64,000 nt of DNA, from contig JBFGLM010000010.1 of NCBI GenBank assembly GCA_041576165.1, positions 48,284 through 112,283 of the forward strand, in the 5' to 3' direction. Positions within the stretch are counted from its first letter, which is position 1, and every line of letters starts with the position of its first letter. Positions 56,513-64,000 of the stretch are shown one piece after another. The notes below the pieces were generated by a model. It made no database searches. It worked only from the letters and a program-made list of their open reading frames with translations, and had not been told where the DNA came from. Both the position numbers and the translations under genes were made by a program. This DNA is from Acidimicrobiia bacterium (GTDB lineage Bacteria; Actinomycetota; Acidimicrobiia; Spongiisociales; Spongiisociaceae).

Positions 56513-57742
56513 ATGAAACGCATGCGGTGGGTGATTCTCGTGTCGTTGTTCGCTTTGGTTGCGGCGTCTTGTGCGTCCGACGGCGGCGGCGAGGGGATCT
56601 CCCAGGAAGAACTCGACGCGGCGATCGCCGATGCAGTAGAGCAGGCGCGATCCGAGGCGGAAGGGGCCGGCCTGACGGAGGAAGAGGTCCAAGCTCGGAT
56701 CGATGCAGCAACCGAGGAAGCGACGGCGGCGGCTCAGGCTGCTGCAGCTGACGCGGCTGCGGCTGCTGCAGGGGAGGGCCGGGCTGAGACCTCGATCATC
56801 CGTTTCGCCTTCGCTCCCGATCCGGCTTGGGACTACCTGACGGACACCGGTGCGCTGGCCCAGTGGGAAGCCGAGAACAACATCCGCATCGTCACGAGCA
56901 CGACCTGGGATGAGTTCACGTACTTCGCCGGCGGCCATGGCGATATCGTCTCCATGGGCACGCAAGAGATCCCGGTGCTCGAGAACGAGACGGCGATCGA
57001 GACCGTCACGTTCGGCAAGTACAACTATCAGCGTTCGCCGATGATGAGGCGCGCAGGTGATCCCTATCAGACTCTGGCGGATGTCCCGCTCGGTTCGAAC
57101 ATCTGTGTGAGCAGCCCTGTCTCCAACACCGGTTTCTGGACGGTGGCGGCCAACGAGCTACACGATCTCGACTACCGGGTTGGTGGCGGTGACTTCAACC
57201 TCATCGTCAACGACCACTTCGTCAACCCGACGAACCTGCTCCGCGGTGACTGCGAAGTCGCCGTGATCATCCCTGAGGCCGCTGCGCCGCATCTGCGGGA
57301 AGGTGAGCTGGAGCTGATGTACGACGGTCAGATGCCGTTCCAGCTCTACAAGACGTTCTCGGGGATCGACGATGGTCAAAACCACGTGATGTCCAACCTG
57401 TTCACGGCTACTGAGGAGTGGTACGACGCACACCCAGAAGAGGCAGCGGCCTTCCTCGATCTGTGGCAACGCGGCGTCGATCTGTGGAATGAGAACCAGG
57501 AAGAGGTCATCCGGACCTATCCGCAGCATTTCGCAGTCGAGGCCGATGAGGACGTCGAGTGGATGATTGACTTCATGGCCGGCGACAGCGACTGGTTCGT
57601 GGAGTCGGTGTACCTGGACGACGCGTGGGTTGAGGCCGAGGTGTTGATCTACGACTTGATGACGAAACTGGATGCGGAGAACCCCAACTCGCTTCCGGCC
57701 GATTATCCGGCGCCACGTTTCGACGTCATTCCTGAGCCGTAG
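56513..57742 (+). CDS. NitT/TauT/SsuA-type ABC transporter substrate-binding lipoprotein
   Basis: Lipobox VAASC and Ala-rich tether. Upstream of TauC-like permeases and a TauB-like ATPase. GGGAGG RBS. Confidence 0.82.
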   Translation: MKRMRWVILVSLFALVAASCASDGGGEGISQEELDAAIADAVEQARSEAEGAGLTEEEVQARIDAATEEATAAAQAAAADAAAAAAGEGRAETSIIRFAFAPDPAWDYLTDTGALAQWEAENNIRIVTSTTWDEFTYFAGGHGDIVSMGTQEIPVLENETAIETVTFGKYNYQRSPMMRRAGDPYQTLADVPLGSNICVSSPVSNTGFWTVAANELHDLDYRVGGGDFNLIVNDHFVNPTNLLRGDCEVAVIIPEAAAPHLREGELELMYDGQMPFQLYKTFSGIDDGQNHVMSNLFTATEEWYDAHPEEAAAFLDLWQRGVDLWNENQEEVIRTYPQHFAVEADEDVEWMIDFMAGDSDWFVESVYLDDAWVEAEVLIYDLMTKLDAENPNSLPADYPAPRFDVIPEP

Positions 57743-57761
57743 GAGGTAGAAATCTGAACAC

Positions 57762-57795
57762 GTGCTGGGGGCAGCCCGTGCGGCGCCCCCAGCAC
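57762..57795 (+). terminator. Stem-loop after the SBP gene
   Basis: GTGCTGGGGGC...GCCCCCAGCAC 11-bp inverted repeat. Confidence 0.6.
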
Positions 57796-57951
57796 CGACT
57801 ACGTATCTTTAGAGAGTGGAGCCCGGTCACAGCGCCGCGGTAATGGTGTCTGGGCGATTCCCGTTTTGCTCACCGGGCTTGACATACGACGAAGAACGAT
57901 CGACCTACGGAGCATTGACCAGCAGCGCCCATCTATCCCAGAGGACGGCCG

Positions 57952-58785
57952 GTGATGGCGACCACGATTGAACAACAGCAGCGGATAACCGAAGAGGAGC
58001 TCGCGCGCCAAGCTCGCCGCAAAGACTTACGCACCCGCTGGTTTTGGCGGATCGCCGGGTACGTCGTGATTCTGGGTTTGTGGGAGTTCGTTTCCGGCCG
58101 GGTGCTGGAAGAAGCGCTTCTTCCCGGCCCGATCCGGATCATCCAAACATTTGGCGAGTTGTGGTCGGAGGGGAGGGTGCTGCCCGCCTTCCAATCCACG
58201 CTCGTGCGCCTGTTCGTCGGCTTTGGTCTCTCCTTCCTGGTCGGCACGATCATTGGAGTGATCTCGCAGAACCGCTGGTGGGAGAGTTACTTCAAAGACG
58301 CGACCCTCATCAGCCTGACTGCACCCGGACTCATCTGGGTGCTCATAACCGCCATCATCTTCGGGAATCGGCCTTGGGGCCCGTTCATCGCCATCATCCT
58401 GACGACGTTTGGACTCGTCACAGTCAACGTCTACGAAGGTGTCAAGTCGCTTCCGAAGGATCTGCTCGACATGGGTAAGGCGTTTCACGTCTCAAACTTC
58501 GCCGCCCAGCGTCATATCGTGTTGCCGCACTTGGCGCCGTTCCTATTCACAGGTCTTCGCTTTGGATTCTCCATCGCATGGAAGGTCACTGTGCTCACAG
58601 AAGTGTTCGCATCGTCGTCTGGGTTCGGGTTCGAACTGCGGGTGTCCCAGGTTTTGTTCCAGAACGACGAGGTGCTGACCTGGATCCTGATCTTCTTCGT
58701 GTTCGCTCTGTTCTTGGAGAAGGTTGTGCTGCAGGCGTTCGAACGGCGTTACTTCCGCTGGCGCCAGGCCGTGGAAGCGGCGTAG
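57952..58785 (+). CDS. NitT/TauT-type ABC permease 1
   Basis: LLPGP, TLVRLFVGF, EGVKSLPKDLLDMGKAF, GLRFGFSIAWK. Confidence 0.92.
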   Translation: MMATTIEQQQRITEEELARQARRKDLRTRWFWRIAGYVVILGLWEFVSGRVLEEALLPGPIRIIQTFGELWSEGRVLPAFQSTLVRLFVGFGLSFLVGTIIGVISQNRWWESYFKDATLISLTAPGLIWVLITAIIFGNRPWGPFIAIILTTFGLVTVNVYEGVKSLPKDLLDMGKAFHVSNFAAQRHIVLPHLAPFLFTGLRFGFSIAWKVTVLTEVFASSSGFGFELRVSQVLFQNDEVLTWILIFFVFALFLEKVVLQAFERRYFRWRQAVEAA

Positions 58786-58797
58786 GGAAGGAGCGTC

Positions 58798-59808
58798 ATG
58801 ACTACAGCAACACGCAATGTGCCGACCTCCCGCCCGCCGCAATCCACCGGCGGCCTGGTCTCGGCTCTGAAGTCACCGGCCGCGGCTCGGATCCTCTTCC
58901 CGATCACCGTACTCGCATTCTGGTATGCGGCCATCGGCGTCGTGCGAGCCGTCTGGCCGTTTGCGGTCGACGTCTTGCCACTTCCCCAAGAAGTGGTGGG
59001 CGTGATGTGGGATGAGCTACGCGCGCCGTTCGTCGACGACGTCCGTCCGCTCTCGCGGGTGGACGTGTTCACGACGTTCGGGAGATCGCTGTTCCGGCTC
59101 GGAACGGGATTCTTGATCGCCCTCGTTGTGGGTACGGGTCTCGGCATCGCCATGGGTCTGTCGAAGGCATGGGACGCTTTCTGGCACGACTGGATCATGG
59201 CCATACTCGCCATGCCGGCCCTCGGATGGGCGTTGTTCCTCAGCCTCGTGTTCGGGTTCGGGAGCACCGGTCCGATCCTGACAGTGATCCTCGCCGGCAT
59301 CCCGTTCGTCATCGTCAACGTACGAGAGGGTGTCCGCAACACGCCGCGCGAGCTGTTCGATATGGCCCAGGCGTTCGGCGTGGATCGAGCCGGAACGATC
59401 CGCCACGTGCTCATCCCGTCGATGATGCCGTATTTCTTCGCGGCCATACGTTATGCGTTCTCGATCGGTTGGAAGGGCCTCGTGATCTCCGAGGTGTTCG
59501 GTGGGCAGGACGGCGCCGGGTGGACGATCAAGTTCTGGTACGACGCTCACCGCGCACACGGGGTGGTCGGTTATGCGTTGTTCTTCGTGATCTTCGCGAT
59601 TCTGCTGGAGAAGCTCGTTTTCGAGCGCATGTCCCGCCGGGTCTTCAGGTGGCGGCCGGACGCATCGGGTCGCGAAGTCGTGGAGCAGGCGTTCGAGGCG
59701 CCAGGGATGGGTGGCACGATGGGTACGGCGACGCTCATGATCGAGAGCGAGGTCGAAGGGTTCCTCGAAGAGTTCGAGGCCGAGGATCAGGGAGGCGGAC
59801 ATGGCTGA
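58798..59808 (+). CDS. NitT/TauT-type ABC permease 2
   Basis: LPLPQEV, EGVRNTPRELFDMAQAF, RYAFSIGWK. Confidence 0.92.
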   Translation: MTTATRNVPTSRPPQSTGGLVSALKSPAAARILFPITVLAFWYAAIGVVRAVWPFAVDVLPLPQEVVGVMWDELRAPFVDDVRPLSRVDVFTTFGRSLFRLGTGFLIALVVGTGLGIAMGLSKAWDAFWHDWIMAILAMPALGWALFLSLVFGFGSTGPILTVILAGIPFVIVNVREGVRNTPRELFDMAQAFGVDRAGTIRHVLIPSMMPYFFAAIRYAFSIGWKGLVISEVFGGQDGAGWTIKFWYDAHRAHGVVGYALFFVIFAILLEKLVFERMSRRVFRWRPDASGREVVEQAFEAPGMGGTMGTATLMIESEVEGFLEEFEAEDQGGGHG

Positions 59809-60541
59809 GATCAGGATCGAGCATCTCCACAAGGAATTCGGGCTCGGCAAAGACAAGGTCGTTGCGCTGGAGGATGTCAACCTCGAGATCGGCGGGCACG
59901 TCTTCGTTTCCATCGTTGGACCCTCCGGCTGCGGTAAGTCGACCCTGCTCAACATCATGAGCCAGATCGAAACCCCAACCTCGGGTGTGTGCTCAATCAC
60001 CCAGGACGGCCGCGACGCTCTTCGTGGGTACGTGTTCCAGGCGGCCAGGTTGCTGCCGTGGCGCACCGTCACCGACAACCTGCTCTTCGTGCAGCCGGAG
60101 CAGAATGACGAGGTCCAGAAACGGTGCCAGCGCTATCTGGAGATGGTGCAGTTGGGCGACAAGGGCGACAAGTACCCGGGTGAGCTGTCCGGCGGTATGC
60201 AGCAGAGGGTGGGGATCGCCCGTGCTTTCTCGGTCGAGCCCGACGTGCTGTTCATGGATGAACCGTTCAGCCATCTGGATGCCATCACCGCTCGTACCCT
60301 CCGGCGGGAACTGCACGACATGTGGGAGGCGACCAAGAAGACCATCGTCTTCGTCACCCACGACGTCGGTGAGGCGGTCGAGCTGTCCAACCGCATCCTG
60401 GTGTTCAGCAAAGGTGGCAAGCTTGAGGACGACATCACGGTGGATCTTCCCTTCCCCCGTGATCCGGCCGACGATGAAGTGGCGCTGGCCAAGGCGCACG
60501 TCTTGAAGAAGTTCGAAGAGCTCGATCTGGTCGCCACCTGA
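59801..60541 (+). CDS. NitT/TauT-type ABC ATP-binding protein
   Basis: GPSGCGKS, LLPWRTV, LSGGMQQR, MDEPFSHLD, VTHD. Confidence 0.95.
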   Translation: MAEIRIEHLHKEFGLGKDKVVALEDVNLEIGGHVFVSIVGPSGCGKSTLLNIMSQIETPTSGVCSITQDGRDALRGYVFQAARLLPWRTVTDNLLFVQPEQNDEVQKRCQRYLEMVQLGDKGDKYPGELSGGMQQRVGIARAFSVEPDVLFMDEPFSHLDAITARTLRRELHDMWEATKKTIVFVTHDVGEAVELSNRILVFSKGGKLEDDITVDLPFPRDPADDEVALAKAHVLKKFEELDLVAT

Positions 60542-60640
60542 TTTCGGCGGCATTCCGCCGCTGATTCCCACCGGCCCGACCAGGTTCGCGGTGGTAGCGT
60601 GCAGCTCGATGCCAGAAATCGATTGCAGGTCGGCGCGGCC

Positions 60641-62896
60641 GTGACCGATCCGGTCCAGCGCCCCACCGCTGACCTTCGACGCGAGGACGCTCGATTCGTC
60701 ACGGGCCGCGGCCGCTATATCGCCGACCTGGCCGGCGAACAAACGCTCCACGCCGCCTTCGTCCGCAGTCAGGAAGCCCACGCCCGCGTCACCTCGGTCG
60801 ATGTGAGTGACGCGATCGCCACCCGGGACGTGCTGGGCGTGTGGACCGCGGCTGAGCTGGATCTGGCCGACCAGCCATTCACGTGGCCGGGCGTCGAGTT
60901 TGCGCCGATGCCCCGCCCACCGCTCGCTCGGGAAACGGTTCGCTACGTGAGCGAGCCGATTGCGATCGTGGTCGCCGGCTCCGCCCGGGCAGCGGCGGAC
61001 GCAGCCGATCTGGTGTGGGTTGATTACGAGCCGCTCCCGCCGGTCTCCTCACCTCTCGAGGCATTGAAAGACGAGGTGCTGCTCCACCCCGCCGCCGGCA
61101 CCAATGTGGTCGAGGAAGCGGTGATCGGCTGCGACGTCGACGCCAGGTCCTACGACGTGTGCATCGACATTGCCGTGGTCAACCAGCGGTTGGGGCCGAC
61201 CTCGATCGAGCCGCTCGGCATCCTCGCCCGCCCCATGGCAGCCAGCGGGGTAGAGACGTGGATCAGCGGGCAGGGAGCGCATCGCGTGCAGGAGCCGCTC
61301 CAGGAGTTGCTCGGCATCCCGGTGGAGGTGCACATCCCCGATGTCGGCGGCGCATTCGGCATGAAGGGACCCTTCTATCCGGAGTACGCGGCCGTGGCTG
61401 CGGCCGCCATGCGACTCGACCGCGAAGTCATGTGGATCCAGACCCGCCGCGAGCACCTGCAGGGCGGGACCCAGGGCCGGGGTCAGCACACGACGGTGCA
61501 GCTCGCAGGCGATGCCGACGGCCGTATCCGCTGGGGCCACGTCACCATGATCGGCGACGTCGGAGCCTACCCGGTGGGTGCCAACGTGACCACGTTCAGC
61601 CGGCGCGTTTCATCCGGTCTGTACGACATCCAGAATTTCCGGGTGGAGACGAAGACCGTGGCCACCAACCGGGCGCCTACCGGCCCGTACCGGGGGGCCG
61701 GGCGGCCAGAGGCGGCCTACGCGATCGAGCGGGCGATCGACGCCTTCGCCCGGGAAGCCGGGCTCGATCCCATCGAGGTCCGGTTCAAGAACTTCGTCGA
61801 CCACTGGCCCTACCAGACGGTGCCGGGCGCCTTGTTCGACAGCGGTGATTACGCAGGTGCCCTGCGGATGGCGTTGGGTCTGATCGACCTGCCGGCCATC
61901 CGGCGTGACCAGGCCGAGCGCTTTCGTGAAGGTCGCGATCCGGTCGGCTTCGGTCTGGGGACCTTCGTGGAGCGGGCGGGCGGCCCGGTGAAGGGTGGCG
62001 AGTACGGAAGGATCGAAGTGGCGGACGACGGGACCGCAGTCGCGTACACAGGCTCGGTATCCGGCGGACAGGGTCACGAGACGGTGTGGGCCCGGGTAGC
62101 GGCCGATGCCCTCGGAATGGACTGTCACAACGTCACCGTGGCGCAGGGAGACACCACCCTGATGCCGCGCAGCGCCGGCACGTCGGCCAGCCGGTCGGCC
62201 CAGCTGGGAGCGTCCGCTTTGTACAACGCCGGATCGGCCATACGGCGGCGCGCCACCGAGCTGGCAGCCGAGCTGTTCGAGGCGGCGCGTGTGGACATCC
62301 TGGTCGAGGGTGGCGTGTTCACCGTCGCCGGCAGTCCCGGGGCGCGCATGACTTATGCCGAGTTGGCGGCCGAGGCCCGCAGTCGCGGCGAGCCGCTGAC
62401 CGAGGACGAATGGTTCGCACCCGGAGCTCAAACGTTCCCGTACGGGGCGCACGCGGCGGTGGTCGAGGTGAAGCTGGAGACCGGCGAGGTGCGGCTCCGG
62501 GAGCTCATTGCGGTCGACGACTGCGGCAACATCCTCAACCCGATGATCGTCGAGGGCCAGATCCACGGCTCTTTGATGCAGGGTATCGGCCAGGCGCTCT
62601 ACGAAGGCATCGTCTATGCCGATGATGGGCAGCTGCGTACCTCCACGCTCATGGATTACCAGGTTCCCCGCGCCGGTGATCAGCCACGGTTCGTGCTGGA
62701 CCGGCTCGTCACTCCGGCGCCGTCGAACCCGCTGGGCGTCAAGGGCACCGGGGAAGCCGGGTGCATCGGAGCCCCGCCGGCGATCGTCAACGCTGTTCTC
62801 GACGCCCTTCACCCGTACGGGGTTACGCACCTCGATATGCCCTTGCAGCCGGCGACGGTGTGGGGGGCGATTCAGCAAGCGACGACGGGTTCGTGA
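60641..62896 (+). CDS. Xanthine dehydrogenase family molybdopterin-binding (CoxL/CutL-like) large subunit
   Basis: RREDARFVTGRGRY, DVGGAFG.K, PYRGAGRPEA, GQGHET, GQIHG, KGTGEAG. Confidence 0.93.
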   Translation: MTDPVQRPTADLRREDARFVTGRGRYIADLAGEQTLHAAFVRSQEAHARVTSVDVSDAIATRDVLGVWTAAELDLADQPFTWPGVEFAPMPRPPLARETVRYVSEPIAIVVAGSARAAADAADLVWVDYEPLPPVSSPLEALKDEVLLHPAAGTNVVEEAVIGCDVDARSYDVCIDIAVVNQRLGPTSIEPLGILARPMAASGVETWISGQGAHRVQEPLQELLGIPVEVHIPDVGGAFGMKGPFYPEYAAVAAAAMRLDREVMWIQTRREHLQGGTQGRGQHTTVQLAGDADGRIRWGHVTMIGDVGAYPVGANVTTFSRRVSSGLYDIQNFRVETKTVATNRAPTGPYRGAGRPEAAYAIERAIDAFAREAGLDPIEVRFKNFVDHWPYQTVPGALFDSGDYAGALRMALGLIDLPAIRRDQAERFREGRDPVGFGLGTFVERAGGPVKGGEYGRIEVADDGTAVAYTGSVSGGQGHETVWARVAADALGMDCHNVTVAQGDTTLMPRSAGTSASRSAQLGASALYNAGSAIRRRATELAAELFEAARVDILVEGGVFTVAGSPGARMTYAELAAEARSRGEPLTEDEWFAPGAQTFPYGAHAAVVEVKLETGEVRLRELIAVDDCGNILNPMIVEGQIHGSLMQGIGQALYEGIVYADDGQLRTSTLMDYQVPRAGDQPRFVLDRLVTPAPSNPLGVKGTGEAGCIGAPPAIVNAVLDALHPYGVTHLDMPLQPATVWGAIQQATTGS

Positions 62897-62958
62897 AGGC
62901 TCCCGCGACTGAGGTGCAGCTATGGCTACAGCTCGGCAGGATGAAAGCGAGGTAAGAC

Positions 62959-63801
62959 GTGCAAATCGGGATAAAGACCAACCCGCAGGACACGACCTGG
63001 GATGCCATGCTGGCGACCTGGGAACGGGCAGATGAGGTGGACTCGATTTCCTCGGCGTGGGTGTTCGATCACTTTTATCCGATCTTCTCGGACTCAAATG
63101 GGCCCTGTTTCGAAGGCTGGACCGCGTTGACCGCACTGACCCAGGCCACGGAGCGGCTCCAGGTGGGGACAATGGTCAACGGTATGCCGTATCGCCACCC
63201 GGCGGTGACAGCCAATATGGCCGCCACCCTCGACACCATCTCTCGCGGCCGGTTTCAGCTTGGCCTCGGCGCCGGTTGGAATCAGGAGGAGGCGGATGCG
63301 TACGGCATCAGTCTCGGTAACAACCTGACCGAGCGCTTCGACATGTTTGACGAAGGCGTAGAAATCATCGTGAGCCTGCTCAGCAACGAGCACACGACGT
63401 TTGCCGGCCGCCACTATCAGCTCACGACCGCTCGTAACGAACCAAAGGGACCGCAGCGCCCCCACCCTCCGATCGTCATCGGCGGCGGTGGCGAGAAGCG
63501 GACCCTTCGCACGGTTGCCCGCTGGGCCCAGCACTGGAACTCGCCGCCGGTGGGGCTGGACGTCTGGCGCCACAAACGGTCCGTGCTCGATCAGCACTGC
63601 GCCGACATTGACCGAGACCCGGACGAGATCCTGAGCTCCTACATGATGCGTTTCGACCCGGCCGCCGATCCCCAGACGGTCCGCGCCGAGGTCAAGGAGC
63701 TCCACGCCGCCGGCGTCGACAAGTTCATCTTCAACCTCCCCGCCCCCCACGATCCGGATGACGTGGAGCGCGTGGCGGACCTGGTGACGCCGCTGCTGTA
63801 A
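62959..63801 (+). CDS. LLM-class, probably F420-dependent oxidoreductase
   Basis: WVFDHFYP, EGWTAL, YRHPAVTANMAATLD, GLGAGW, IGGGGEKRTL. Confidence 0.9.
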   Translation: MQIGIKTNPQDTTWDAMLATWERADEVDSISSAWVFDHFYPIFSDSNGPCFEGWTALTALTQATERLQVGTMVNGMPYRHPAVTANMAATLDTISRGRFQLGLGAGWNQEEADAYGISLGNNLTERFDMFDEGVEIIVSLLSNEHTTFAGRHYQLTTARNEPKGPQRPHPPIVIGGGGEKRTLRTVARWAQHWNSPPVGLDVWRHKRSVLDQHCADIDRDPDEILSSYMMRFDPAADPQTVRAEVKELHAAGVDKFIFNLPAPHDPDDVERVADLVTPLL

Positions 63802-63811
63802 CCGCCGGGTT

Positions 63812-63840
63812 CAGCCACAGCTACAGCCACGGCCACAGCC
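63812..63840. repeat. Short imperfect hexamer tandem repeat (CAGCCA)x~5
   Basis: cagcca cagcta cagcca cggcca cagcc. Confidence 0.55.
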
Positions 63841-63917
63841 GGACCCCAACGGCCATAGCGACCAGCTGGCCGGCTGGGAGCGATGTGAAACGAGCGCTCC
63901 GCACCGGCTCCGGAAAT

Positions 63918-63987
63918 GGGGGAGCTCGAGGGGGTGGCTCCGCCAGCCCCCTGGAACAGATTGCAGCGACCTGTGCGGTGCAATCTG
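63918..63987. repeat. Two adjacent hairpins, REP-like intergenic element
   Basis: AGGGGGTGG-ctccg-CCAGCCCCCT, then CAGATTGCAGCG...CGGTGCAATCTG. Confidence 0.35.
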
Positions 63988-64000
63988 CGAGAGAGGTGGG

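Noticed and set aside
60641-62896. Aerobic CO dehydrogenase (coxL)
   Set aside because: The motif is PYRGAGR rather than AYxCSFR, and no coxM, coxS or accessory genes are adjacent.
61610-63172. Long antisense or alternate-frame ORFs (e.g. 61610-63172, 53808-55199, 50989-52209, 10808-12055)
   Set aside because: They are shadow ORFs of well-supported genes in high-GC DNA, with no recognisable motifs.
63812-63840. Phase-variable simple sequence repeat
   Set aside because: The repeat is short, imperfect and lies downstream of a stop codon, so there is no evident target.
1-64000. CRISPR array, tRNA/rRNA, IS transposase or integrase
   Set aside because: No regularly spaced repeats, RNA-gene signatures or DDE/tyrosine recombinase motifs were recognised by eye. 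A short tRNA could have been missed.

Overview
High-GC, gene-dense bacterial DNA, most consistent with an actinobacterium of the Acidimicrobiia type. This is inferred from an F420-type LLM enzyme, a DUF222/HNH gene with an actinobacterial SOS box, an HTH/Clp-N module, leaderless-type promoters and Thr/Ala-tethered lipoproteins. Most of the window is a paralog-rich catabolic region. It has 5 Gfo/Idh/MocA oxidoreductases, 4 Amidohydro_2 enzymes, 2 tandem ketopantoate-reductase-like genes, 2 CMD-like proteins, 2 aldo/keto reductases, 2 ALS-like ThDP enzymes and a CoA-dependent module (CaiB, CoA ligase, CitE, ACAD, split MaoC). It also has a comC/comD/comE-like operon plus a possible slcC-like gene, a carbohydrate-type ABC importer, a NitT/TauT-type ABC importer and a lone Mo-hydroxylase large subunit. 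A ~11 kb signalling block interrupts this region (25.1-36.0 kb). It holds a GAF-GGDEF protein with a dead active site but an intact I-site, two STAND (NB-ARC/TPR) regulators, a triply frameshifted AAA-wHTH gene, and a translationally coupled operon in which an ECF sigma factor sits between a stand-alone membrane domain and an anti-sigma-like protein carrying a paralog of that same domain. That ECF operon is the best candidate for an undescribed system. No rRNA, tRNA, CRISPR array or transposase was recognised. All product calls come from motif recognition by eye, with no database search, and several start codons were re-picked using RBS or stop/start overlap.
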